Source of the DNA: Octopus bimaculoides
Taxonomy: Eukaryota
Reading direction: 5' to 3'
DNA: 64,000 bases
Assembly: GCF_001194135.2 (NCBI RefSeq)
Contig: NC_068990.1
Coordinates: 12,031,297-12,095,296 of the forward strand
Positions 37,821 through 50,109 of this stretch are shown here, one piece after another (the stretch's first letter is position 1; every line of letters starts with the position of its first letter). The translations under genes and the position numbers were made by a program. The notes beneath the pieces were generated by a model. It was not told where the DNA came from and did not search any database. It was given only the letters and a program-made list of their open reading frames with translations.

Positions 37821-39294
37821 TTACAGGATTTAAGACTACATTTTTGTATTACATTGCTTTATAGTATTGTTGCAAAATGTGGTCAACCTCTTGGCACGAA
37901 CACAATTCCATCAGCCAAGTCAGCTGCTGGGAAACTGCAGGTCAGCCCAGCAAGCCAACTTATCTAGAGAGGAGGAAGTAGTCATACTCAGCTGGATGTC
38001 CTGTGTAATGTGGTTTTTCTTCACCTGGTTTCACATTGACTGGTCACATAGCCATCTTTACATCAACTGTTCACATCACCATCTTTACACTCACTGGCTC
38101 CATTGCCAACTTCACACTGACTGTTTGTTTATGTTGCCAACTGACACCATGTGTTCTTTTACCAGTTCAAACAGTCCACCTCACAGTAAAGACACACAAA
38201 CAAAAAAAAATAAAAACGCACAGCATGCTTCAAATTACTCACATGATCAATAATGTTATTTCTCCTTTGTAACAATATCTTCCTTGTTTTACCTTGCCAA
38301 ACAAGGTATCCATAATGTCTGAGAATCAAAATTATTACAATGGCTAAGATTACCTTATACTATCTTTAGGTATCAGAAACTTATTGTCAATAGTCGTTGG
38401 GCTCTTTTGATTATATAATTATCATCAACGACTAATCTTGTATGCAACCAAAGTTTCACAGCTCTTATTATTGATGAAGCCAATCTAAATGTTCAAAATT
38501 ACAACCAGAACGTCACTGGAGATCAGGAATTGAAAAGGTCAGAGTTAGAAATGCAGGTTGTGGGTGACAATAGTGACAAGACATCTGAATGGTGGTTTGT
38601 TTTAGCCATTGGAAATAATTTGAGGACACATCTGAGAGAACATATGAATGGTATAGGACATTGAGTTGTGTAGTTCATCAGAGGTAGAAGTTGCAGTATT
38701 GACAATATCATTATCATTATCATTGTCACCATCACCATCATCGTCCTTGTCATCATCATCATCATTGTTTTAACAGCTAAGTAGTAAACATTAGTCTAAG
38801 GTCAATGTGATACTTATCTAACATTCTAGTCATAATGATTACTGCTATAAGCTTCAATGACTCTGTCACATTTGGCATTGAGTAAAAGAAATGTGAATTT
38901 GTGTTGCTTCATATTTAATACATGGATTGTGTAAATAAAGTATTAAATACCTGGTTAAAAAGAAGTCAAACAAATGGCAATTAGGGAATATTCTGTGCAG
39001 TTCTGTCCAACTACTAGAAATTACCACCAAATTTATCTCGAACCACACTCTATTCATTATCATCATCATTGTTTTATAGTCCACTTTTACTACTGGCATG
39101 GGTCAGACAGAGTCGTAAAGGCAGGTTTTCTATGGCCATATTCCCTATCTGTTGCTGACACTCATCTGTTTCCAAGTAACTTAATATCTCTCTTTGGTTG
39201 GAAATGGTTGCACAGAAGGCTACAAAGAAATGACACCACTTGCATGATGTTAATACTCACTAACAAGCATCAAACTATGTCAGGATGAGGGGAC

Positions 39295-39351
<57 letters not shown>

Positions 39352-39422
39352 CATATGCACACACATATATATCTACACACATATATATATACATACATAT
39401 ATAGGTTATACATGTGTGTGTA

Positions 39423-39490
<68 letters not shown>

Positions 39491-39499
39491 TAGATAGAT

Positions 39500-39692
39500 A
39501 GATAGATAGATAGATACTTGGAAACAGATGAGTGTTGGACTTCTTTCAGGTTCCATCTCTCAAACTCACTCACAAAGATTCAGTAGATCCATGGCCACAG
39601 TAGAAGACACTTGCCCAAGGTGCCATACAGTGGGACTGAACCCAGAGCTATGTGATTTGGAAGCAAACTTTTTAACCACACAGCCATGTGTC
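39500..39692 (-). mobile_element. SINE B head
   Basis: agtagaagacacttgcccaaggtgccatacagtgggactgaacccag..accacacagcc. Confidence 0.85.
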
Positions 39693-40693
39693 ATTTGAAA
39701 GCTGAAAAAGGAAGGACAGAAAATGTCATTTGAAATAAACCATCTTTGAAAAGATAGGTTAAACATGACTATCATATCTGATACTAAACTACTATTACTA
39801 GTTCTCCAACTATAGCTGACACTATTGTTGACTATTGTGTCATTATTTGCCCTGTGGTTCCTTGTGCATGAGACATAGACACCATAGAAAATGATCTAAT
39901 TCCTCTATTCATCTGTGTTTCTGTACAAGACCAGCATCCGATAGACTACAGTATGTCGGCAATGTTGAATTAACCAAGAATTTCTTTGAAGAAAATCTCC
40001 AAAGATATAAGTATATGTATCGATATGCAGTATATGTGTTTGGTGGCTTAGTACTTTCTTTGTGCATCTGCATTCTGTCTTGTAGAGAAATGAAATGTCT
40101 GAGTGAGTAAGTTATTGAAACTACCAATTCTTTGATCTTGAGTTCAAATTCACTGATGCTGTTTCTTTGTGCATTTGTGGTTGTGTATTCAATTCTACTT
40201 CAGAAATTGGCAAAGTACACAACAGCAAATTAGTGGAATTTTAAGCACTTTAAGTATGTTAAATGTCTTCAAATTCTTCAAATAAAATCACAAGAACTAA
40301 ATGAATACAAAGTATCTAGTAATCAAAGAGAACTAAAAAACATTCAATCCGTGACAAACTTGAATTTTCTCGTGTTTATATTCAAGCAAAAATTGCTTGG
40401 AAATTTGCATAAAAATCTTTGAAAATTTATAGTTTTAATTCCAAAACAAAACTGAAAGTAACAGAGAAGAACTCAACAGTAAAATCAAAGTTTTGTCAGT
40501 CAGAAAATAAAAAAATATCATGATTACACATAGCGATTTATTTTTACTATATATCTGATATCTTCTGCTTACAATCAACATCGGCAGATGTAACTATAGT
40601 GTTTCCTGTATTTCTGCTATCAACATGGTCAAACAAATGCAAGAAAGACCAAATCTAACGTATCTAATATGAAAATGGTTTTCAAAATGGATG

Positions 40694-40740
<47 letters not shown>

Positions 40741-40780
40741 GATTATTATTATTATCGTCATCATCATTATTATTATTATT

Positions 40781-41315
40781 AAGACGATGAGCTGGCAGAA
40801 TCGTTACCATGCTGGATGAAATGCTTGGTGGCATTTCACCCATTGCTATGTTCTGAGTTCAAATTCCGCCAAGATCAACTTTCACTTTCATCCTTTCGGG
40901 GTCAATAAATTAAGTACCTGTTGGGTGCTGGCGTCGATGTAATCGATTAGCCTCCTGCCCCAAATTTTAGGTCCTGTACCTCTAATCGAGAGGTTTATTA
41001 TTGTTCTTGTTCTTGTTGTTGTTGTTATTATTATTATTATTATTATTACTTCTATTATCGCAATAATGTTACACAATATCTTCAACACGCTGGATAAAAT
41101 GCTTAGCGGCACTTCTGGCTTTATGTTCTGTGTTCAAAAGCTGCTGAACTTTACTTTGACTTTCATCGTTTTGGGGTAAATTAAATATATATTAGTCACA
41201 TATTGGGGTTGATGAAATCACCTAGTGCCCTCCCAGTAAGCTAGCAGATTTATTACCAATTCGGACAAATGCTTAGCAGCATATCTTCCAGGTTTATGTT
41301 CTGAGTTCAAATTCA
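40781..41315 (+). mobile_element. SINE A cluster embedded in (ATT)n tracts: full copy 40781-40998 plus two partial copies
   Basis: gatgagctggcagaatcgttacc..gagttcaaattccgcc..ggggtcaataaattaagtacc. (ATT)n lies at 40694-40780 and 41025-41050. Confidence 0.88.
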
Positions 41316-42337
41316 AATATATGTATAGTTGTACAGGTGTAAAGATGTGTTGAAACAATTGTAGTGATTATAAGTAAAGAATGTTGTTGATTCCATTTTC
41401 TAACCTTTGTCTATTTATATAAACTCAATAGATACTATGATATATCAAGTATCAGGTGCATTTCCACAGTATGATGACATCAGGTAGTCAATAACTGTGG
41501 ATGAGCTTTGCATAGTATTCTACAAGGTTTTCACTCAAATCTTATTTAACTACATATATACATATATGTGTGTGTGTGTGAATAAATGTGTATGTAAGTA
41601 TATGTGTGTGTGTGTGTGTATTTACATATATACGACAGGCTTCTTTTAGTTTCNNNNNNNNNNNNNNNNNNNNNNNNNNNNNNNNNNNNNNNNNNNNNNN
41701 NNNNNNNNNNNNNNNNNNNNNNNNNNNNNNNNNNNNNNNNNNNNNNNNNNNNNNNNNNNNNNNNNNNNNNNNNNNNNNNNNNNNNNNNNNNNNNNNNNNN
41801 NNNNNNNNNNNNNNNNNNNNNNNNNNNNNNNNNNNNNNNNNNNNNNNNNNNNNNNNNNNNNNNNNNNNNNNNNNNNNNNNNNNNNNNNNNNNNNNNNNNN
41901 NNNNNNNNNNNNNNNNNNNNNNNNNNNNNNNNNNNNNNNNNNNNNNNNNNNNNNNNNNNNNNNNNNNNNNNNNNNNNNNNNNNNNNNNNNNNNNNNNNNN
42001 NNNNNNNNNNNNNNNNNNNNNNNNNNNNNNNNNNNNNNNNNNNNNNNNNNNNNNNNNNNNNNNNNNNNNNNNNNNNNNNNNNNNNNNNNNNNNNNNNNNN
42101 NNNNNNNNNNNNNNNNNNNNNNNNNNNNNNNNNNNNNNNNNNNNNNNNNNNNNNNNNNNNNNNNNNNNNNNNNNNNNNNNNNNNNNNNNNNNNNNNNNNN
42201 NNNNNNNNNNNNNNNNNNNNNNNNNNNNNNNNNNNNNNNNNNNNNNNNNNNNNNNNNNNNNNNNNNNNNNNNNNNNNNNNNNNNNNNNNNNNNNNNNNNN
42301 NNNNNNNNNNNNNNNNNNNNNNNNNNNNNNNNNNNNN

Positions 42338-42382
<45 letters not shown>

Positions 42383-43254
42383 CATTAATCATAACTTATT
42401 ACTGTTTTTATGAAGAAACTAATCAATGTTGTTTATAAAAAACTTTCCTAGCTATTAAAGCCCTTGGTTTTGTCTACATGAGAGGTCTATTGGAATTCTA
42501 CTTGCATCAACTTTAATCATCATCATCATCAATAAAATAAATTATATAGTTACAGACTTACTTAAGGTCCAGCCAATTCAATAAATGATACCATCACTAC
42601 ACTAAAAAGTTCTGGCTTTCTGCCCGAAGAAGTTTAGTCTGGAGGAGGGACTGTACCAACGACCTTTGCCAGTACCACGAGACTGGTCAAATCAATACGG
42701 TTTATGTTTAGCTTCAGTATCTATATAAGTCAAAGACTGCAGGAAGAATGTTGGTGAGGAAGGAATTCCAGAGAGTTTTGTGAGACACAGATGTGGGTGG
42801 GTAGAGTGAGGAAGAGAGAAGGGTCTATGAAGTGGGGATGGTTGTGTGTAACTAGTTTGTTCAAAGAAGCATGAGGTGCTGCAGTAGTAACAGAACAGAC
42901 AGATAGGGAATACACTATGTCTCTGGTCAAAATTTCCCTTATCTTCACATAGGTTTTTTTTATGCAAACAGGAAAAATAGATCTCAAAACAAGTGTATAT
43001 ACATAAATATATATATACATGGTCGTATACATACATAAATATGTGTGTGTGTGTATAATATATGTACATAGACATATATGTATATATACATTACATTATA
43101 CACATATGTATGTATGTATGTGTATATATGTGTATATATACATATATGTCTATGTACATATATTATACACACACACACACACCCACACACATATATATAT
43201 ATATACATACACATACACACACACACACATATATATATTTAAAGATATATATGT

Positions 43255-43415
43255 ACTGGCGTTAGGAAGGGCATCCAGCTGTAGAAACTCTGCCAGATCA
43301 GATTGGAGCCTGGTGCAGTCATCTGGTTCACCAGTCCTCAGTCAAATTGTCCAACCCATGCTAGCATGGAAAGCAGTCGTTAAATGATGATGATGATGAT
43401 GATTATGATGATGAT
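43255..43415 (+). mobile_element. Family C 3' end
   Basis: ggcgttaggaagggcatccagctgtagaaactctgcc..catgctagcatggaaagcagtcgttaaatgatgatg. Confidence 0.9.
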
Positions 43416-43433
43416 GACACAAACACACATATT

Positions 43434-43478
<45 letters not shown>

Positions 43479-43531
43479 CATTTTCATTTTATCTAGTTTC
43501 AGCTCATGAGCTGTGGCCATGCTCATATATA

Positions 43532-43748
43532 TAAGGGGATGCTGCCAAGTTCCTGGCTTTGGGTAAAAAGAAATACAGGAGGATCAGTTAATTATGATTT
43601 TAACCAACATATTCCCCCCCAGATTCACACACTTATTGCAGCATTTCTTCAGTTTTTCTAAGTCTTGTGGAAGAACTCAGAACACTGGGACTCCAACCAA
43701 GCCTTTCCTGATACTTTTAAAGCCAGGAATTTTTCAGCACCCCCCTCA
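43532..43748 (+). mobile_element. Mariner-type MITE, 217 bp, TA TSD
   Basis: TIRs aggggatgctgccaagttcctggcttt and aaagccaggaatttttcagcacccccctc, with TA on both sides. The termini resemble CGAGGGG..CCCCTCG mariner ends after CpG decay. Confidence 0.85.
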
Positions 43749-44410
43749 TATATAAGATTCAAATCTCTTTTATCTGTTAATCTCTCATCAACCAATCATC
43801 ATCACCATTATAGACACCTTCATCTCCATCCACCTCCCCCTCCTCCTCCTCATCATCATCATGATCATTTCTTCCCACCTGCTTCTTTAAAATCTAAAAG
43901 CTTGGAATGGTCTCAGGTAGGTCAGAGGCGATTGAAGTGGAAGAATTCCTAGATGTAGTGAGTCAGATCAACCATCCNNNNNNNNNNNNNNNNNNNNNNN
44001 NNNNNNNNNNNNNNNNNNNNNNNNNNNNNNNNNNNNNNNNNNNNNNNNNNNNNNNNNNNNNNNNNNNNNNNNNNNNNNNNNNNNNNNNNNNNNNNNNNNN
44101 NNNNNNNNNNNNNNNNNNNNNNNNNNNNNNNNNNNNNNNNNNNNNNNNNNNNNNNNNNNNNNNNNNNNNNNNNNNNNNNNNNNNNNNNNNNNNNNNNNNN
44201 NNNNNNNNNNNNNNNNNNNNNNNNNNNNNNNNNNNNNNNNNNNNNNNNNNNNNNNNNNNNNNNNNNNNNNNNNNNNNNNNNNNNNNNNNNNNNNNNNNNN
44301 NNNNNNNNNNNNNNNNNNNNNNNNNNNNNNNNNNNNNNNNNNNNNNNNTATCTATTTGACTGTGTGTGTGTGTATGTGTGTGCGTGTGTGTGTGTGTGTG
44401 TGTGTCTGTG

Positions 44411-44465
<55 letters not shown>

Positions 44466-44631
44466 TCTTGCAGAGAGGGAAAAGTAGATCGATTGTGGAA
44501 GTCTAGCAGTTTGGGTTGGAGTAGAAGCACATAGCAGAACAGCAATACATATGAGGAGGAAGGAGCTTGAAAGAGAGAAGTTGAGAGACAGACGGACAGA
44601 CAGGTTGGCAGACAGACAGAGTGTGTACGTT

Positions 44632-44669
<38 letters not shown>

Positions 44670-45641
44670 TGTGTGATAGAGAAAGTGAAAGTAGATGTTT
44701 GGCTAATGAAAAGTGAAGTGTAAGGAAGTGGTCTGTAAGANNNNNNNNNNNNNNNNNNNNNNNNNNNNNNNNNNNNNNNNNNNNNNNNNNNNNNNNNNNN
44801 NNNNNNNNNNNNNNNNNNNNNNNNNNNNNNNNNNNNNNNNNNNNNNNNNNNNNNNNNNNNNNNNNNNNNNNNNNNNNNNNNNNNNNNNNNNNNNNNNNNN
44901 NNNNNNNNNNNNNNNNNNNNNNNNNNNNNNNNNNNNNNNNNNNNNNNNNNNNNNNNNNNNNNNNNNNNNNNNNNNNNNNNNNNNNNNNNNNNNNNNNNNN
45001 NNNNNNNNNNNNNNNNNNNNNNNNNNNNNNNNNNNNNNNNNNNNNNNNNNNNNNNNNNNNNNNNNNNNNNNNNNNNNNNNNNNNNNNNNNNNNNNNNNNN
45101 NNNNNNNNNNNNNNNNNNNNNNNNNNNNNNNNNNNNNNNNNNNNNNNNNNNNNNNNNNNNNNNNNNNNNNNNNNNNNNNNNNNNNNNNNNNNNNNNNNNN
45201 NNNNNNNNNNNNNNNNNNNNNNNNNNNNNNNNNNNNNNNNNNNNNNNNNNNNNNNNNNNNNNNNNNNNNNNNNNNNNNNNNNNNNNNNNNNNNNNNNNNN
45301 NNNNNNNNNNNNNNNNNNNNNNNNNNNNNNNNNNNNNNNNNNNNNNNNNNNNNNNNNNNNNNNNNNNNNNNNNNNNNNNNNNNNNNNNNNNNNNNNNNNN
45401 NNNNNNNNNNNNNNNNNNNNNNNNNNNNNNNNNNNNNNNNNNNNNNNNNNNNNNNNNNNNNNNNNNNNNNNNNNNNNNNNNNNNNNNNNNNNNNNNNNNN
45501 NNNNNGCAGAAACTAGGGAACAATAATGGATTAGACAGTAATCATGGCGGTGATGGTGAAGGTGGAACAGAGATAGCAACTGTGGCACGAAAGGAAGGAT
45601 GAGTGGGAGAGAGGAAACGAAAGAGATAGATAATGAGTTAG

Positions 45642-45683
<42 letters not shown>

Positions 45684-45892
45684 GTTGGTGGATAGGGTGG
45701 AGAAAACCCGCAGTGAAGGATGGAGGCGGAAGAGGTGAAACTGATTTTCAATGTTCGCGTGAGGAAAAACAGGAATTATTAAAAGCTTTTGCAGAATCCT
45801 AAAAAGAAGATATATTGGACGTGTGGCAATGCTTGTATCAAACTTTGCATCAAAACGCTCTTAATACTTCCTCACCCCATCCCTTTTCTTAC

Positions 45893-46021
45893 CACCACCA
45901 CCACCACCACCACCGCTATCATATCACAACCGATGTCATCATCATCGTCATCATCATCATAACCATCAATAACAATAACTGCAATGCTTTCACTTCTTCA
46001 GCGAAGGTACTTCAATGATAG
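45893..46021 (-). other. Candidate non-coding (UTR/lncRNA) exon
   Basis: Acceptor gattctttattcag|CTA and donor GGTG|gtaaga. All three frames hit stops early. Confidence 0.25.
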
Positions 46022-46109
46022 CTGAATAAAGAATCAACTCAGTTTAGCTGCCAAATTTCTCTCGACCAAAAATAACTCCTCCTGCTTACTATGGGATCTG
46101 CATGTGGTT

Positions 46110-46140
<31 letters not shown>

Positions 46141-46760
46141 TTATTTATTTATTTTTATATATTATTATTATTTTTTTTTTTTTTTTTTTTTNNNNNNNNN
46201 NNNNNNNNNNNNNNNNNNNNNNNNNNNNNNNNNNNNNNNNNNNNNNNNNNNNNNNNNNNNNNNNNNNNNNNNNNNNNNNNNNNNNNNNNNNNNNNNNNNN
46301 NNNNNNNNNNNNNNNNNNNNNNNNNNNNNNNNNNNNNNNNNNNNNNNNNNNNNNNNNNNNNNNNNNNNNNNNNNNNNNNNNNNNNNNNNNNNNNNNNNNN
46401 NNNNNNNNNNNNNNNNNNNNNNNNNNNNNNNNNNNNNNNNNNNNNNNNNNNNNNNNNNNNNNNNNNNNNNNNNNNNNNNNNNNNNNNNNNNNNNNNNNNN
46501 NNNNNNNNNNNNNNNNNNNNNNNNNNNNNNNNNNNNNNNNNNNNNNNNNNNNNNNNNNNNNNNNNNNNNNNNNNNNNNNNNNNNNNNNNNNNNNNNNNNN
46601 NNNNNNNNNNNNNNNNNNNNNNNNNNNNNNNNNNNNNNNNNNNNNNNNNNNNNNNNNNNNNNNNNNNNNNNNNNNNNNNNNNNNNNNNNNNNNNNNNNNN
46701 NNNNNNNNNNNNNNNNNNNNNNNNNNNNNNNNNNNATATATATATATATAATGTTTGTTT

Positions 46761-46795
<35 letters not shown>

Positions 46796-47336
46796 TATTA
46801 TTATAAATAATTATAATAATTAACTTATTGTATACAGAGCCCAGGTGCACTACACTCCTCAGAAAGTGTTACCAAAACTGCATGAACAGTACATAGAATA
46901 TGCTCAGGAAGTGACAGTGAATAAGTTGTTTAAAAAAGACAAAGAACAGGGTTGGGGAGGCACCAGGTTATGTTAGGATGAAAACAATTCTACCTGTAAC
47001 TGAAGGATTACTCAATACACTTTGTAGAGTAACAAGAATAGTATTGACAGTGACTTCGAAGTTTTGACCAGCTAAGCCATCTTCAGACTGTGATGCATTT
47101 AAGCCCATCTTGGCTGTATATAGTCTCCGTTGAGTTAAAAGTATTTTAGGGTAAGCTGAGTTCATTTGAATGATAATTAGGTTGTGTGGTAGGTTGTGAT
47201 GGCAAGGTGGTATGGAGAATCCCCATCTTCATTTAACGTCCGCTTTTCCATGCTGGCATGGGTCAGATGGCTTGACAGGAACTGGCAAGGCCATGGACCA
47301 CACCAGGTTCCATAGTCTGTTTTAGCTTGGTTTCTA

Positions 47337-47551
47337 CAAGGGGATGCTAAAAAGTTCCTGGTTTTGGGTAAAAGAAAATACAGCAGGATCAGTTAATTAA
47401 GATTTTATTCAACATATTCCCCTCTTAGATTCACACTCTTATTGCAGCAGTCCATCAGATTTTCTAAGCCCCATAAAAGAACTTAGAATATTAGGCCTCC
47501 AACCAGGTCTTCATAATACTCTCAAAGCCAGGAATTTTTCAGCAACCCTCT
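47337..47551 (+). mobile_element. Mariner-type MITE, second copy of 43532-43748
   Basis: Same TIRs and internal sequence (gggtaaaagaaaatacag.aggatcagttaatta.gatttta..caacatattcccc). Inserted at the TA of tttcta in family C. Confidence 0.85.
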
Positions 47552-47620
47552 GGATGCCCCTCCTGATGCAAACTTCACCATAGAGTGTACTGGGTGCTTA
47601 TTATGTGGCACCATCACAGG

Positions 47621-47764
47621 CACTAACGTAGCTAGTGGGGCACAGTAGGGGCACTTTTCATCTTGTTATAGGCTATTACTATAGGCGATATGTGATTTTT
47701 GTGGGGTCCAGGGTGGCAAACAGAAGGGCCACCCTGGATGGCACACACTCTAGCTACGTTAGTG
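47621..47764. mobile_element. hAT-like MITE, 144 bp, 15-bp TIR, 8-bp TSD
   Basis: Perfect TIR cactaacgtagctag / ctagctacgttagtg. Flanks are atcacagg and attacagg. Confidence 0.85.
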
Positions 47765-48361
47765 ATTACAGGTGCTTTGTAAGTGGCACCAACTCCCACA
47801 CCAAGACTTTTTACGTGGCACCTTGGTTTTAGGATCTTAATTCCATTGTGGCAGGCGGGTCTTCTGAAGTGCAGCAATGTGCAACATATCTCAATCCTAT
47901 GTCATCTCCTTCATAAGGTTCAGTGTTTTGTACTACTGTGTCAACCAAAGTGTAGGATGTTGGTATACATTGCTACACACAGTGCACTTCCTCACACTGT
48001 TGTAGCTTTCGAATGCTGCCACCCCACTGGCTAGTTAGACGAGCAAGCCTATGGGGAATAAGTGACCAAAATTACAACATTCATCCTAACGGCCAGTCTG
48101 TCACAGAATTCTTTGAATCCGCTACCCTGAATATAATTTCTAATTTAAGCATGAGGTCAGGAAACATGAGGGGAGCAATTAATCTATAGCTAAAACTGGA
48201 TCTATGCTGTCAACCCTGGTAAAGCACGGACAATAAAAGGCAGATTCAATCTTGACAGGATTTGAACTCAAAATATAGAGGACATAAACTCAATGATTGA
48301 ACAGTTCTGCTAACTGACAACATAATTTGTTATGTGGGCACAAACACACATATCCTACATT

Positions 48362-48582
48362 GTTTGTTTTATTCTTTTATTTGTTTCGGTTATTTAACAG
48401 TGGCCATGCTGGAGCACTGTATTTAGTTGAACAAATCGACCCAGGACTTATTCTTTGTAAGCCTAGTAGTCACTGCATCAGTCTTTTGCCAGACCGCTAA
48501 GTTACGGGGACGTAAACACACCAACATCAGGTGTCAAGCGATGGTGGGAGGACAAACAAAGACACACAAACTCATACATAGA

Positions 48583-48620
<38 letters not shown>

Positions 48621-48812
48621 CACAAACATATATATATATCTATATATACGACAGGCTTCTTTCAGTTTCCATCTACCAAATTCACTCACAAGGCTTCGGT
48701 CGGCCCGAGGCTATAGTAGAACACACTTGCCCAAGGTGCCATGCAGTGGAACTGAACCCAGAACCATGCAGTTGGGAAGTAAGCTTCTTACCACGCACCC
48801 ACTCCTGCACCT
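48362..48812 (-). mobile_element. SINE B, full length
   Basis: Tail, internal (TA)n and head are all present in reverse orientation. Confidence 0.92.
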
Positions 48813-49424
48813 ATATATATAATTATTTTAAATGATTTTTTATTTTATATTGTTTTAATTTAAATTACTCATTAAGGATTCATTTATATCATATATAATT
48901 ATATTTCTTATATCTTTATTTTTAGATTTTTATTTATTCAGCTATTTATATATTTCTTTCAATCTATCTCGGAGTCATGCTTTTATTTTCTCATAATCCG
49001 TAATGGATTTTTGCTCAGGTTTTTTTTTTCTTTTTTTTTTTAAGTATTTTATCGTTTTTAGCTACTATGCTACATGGGAAACTCTGTAAGGAGTGGTATT
49101 ATCAGTTCAACCAAACCATAGCGGGAATAAACCTTGGTTTGATTGACGGTGTAGTACCAAGCAGCAGACTCCAAGTGAACAATCCGCTATCGGAAGCTAG
49201 ATGCGATGTATTGACTTTTGTGGCTATAAAAGAACAAAAACAAAAACAAAAGAAAACGAAAAAAAAATAACAAAAAGAATCACAAAAAGAGAAAAAAATA
49301 AAAAAATCATGATTTAACACTGTTATACATTCCGTATGTGATTCCCGGCTATACAACAAGTATTGATTATTTTGTATTGTTTTTGGGTTTTTTTGCAAAC
49401 TTCAGGGGAAAGTGATTCACTTCA

Positions 49425-49476
<52 letters not shown>

Positions 49477-49573
49477 ACTACTGCTACTACTACTACCATC
49501 ATCATCACAATCTTCAGTTCTTCAGTACAACTATCTTCATCATAATCAACATCAGCAACATCAACATCATCAT

Positions 49574-49604
<31 letters not shown>

Positions 49605-49690
49605 AGCAGCAGTAATGGCGGTGGCAGCGGTGGTGGTGGTGGTGGNNNNNNNNNNNNNNNNNNNNNNNNNNNNNNNNNNNNNNNNNNNNN

Positions 49691-49748
<58 letters not shown>

Positions 49749-50063
49749 TGGAAAGAGAGAGGTGGGTTAAATAAAGAGAATCAGAAATAGTGAGAGAGAA
49801 GATGGCACATCACTTGGCTAAACTTCAATGGAGTGATAAATAATATCTTTGCAAGTTCAATTTATTGCATATATCAGTGTACCCACACACACACGCACAC
49901 ACACACATGCACACACTCCCTCACACACATAAATATCTGCATGTGTGCACACATGTGTGAGTGTGTGTGTTATCCATTGTCCCAGGGCTCACCAGATCCT
50001 ACCAAACAATCCAATCCAAGCCAGAATGGAAAACATACGTTAAATGATGATGATATATATATG

Positions 50064-50109
<46 letters not shown>

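Larger units (their letters stand above)
47220..48010 (-). mobile_element. 5'-truncated RTE-type LINE: ORF C-terminus plus family C 3' UTR, interrupted by two MITEs
   Basis: The minus strand near 47850-47930 reads like TLNLMKEMT..IAALQKT, resembling RTE ORF ends. Family C sequence follows and ends in ggacgttaaatg. Confidence 0.7.

Noticed and set aside
38420-38670. ~80-codon open plus frame with an LIIDEA (Walker B-like) motif
   Set aside because: There is no Walker A or other helicase motif nearby, and open stretches of this length are expected by chance in 64 kb.
42692-43075. 127-aa minus-strand ORF
   Set aside because: It starts in a microsatellite and has no motif; the internal acceptor leads to stops in all frames.
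49067-49270. Plus-strand ORF MLHGKLCKEWYYQF.. after a T-rich acceptor
   Set aside because: No recognisable family; it ends in an A-rich low-complexity run and overlaps an equally plausible minus-strand candidate.
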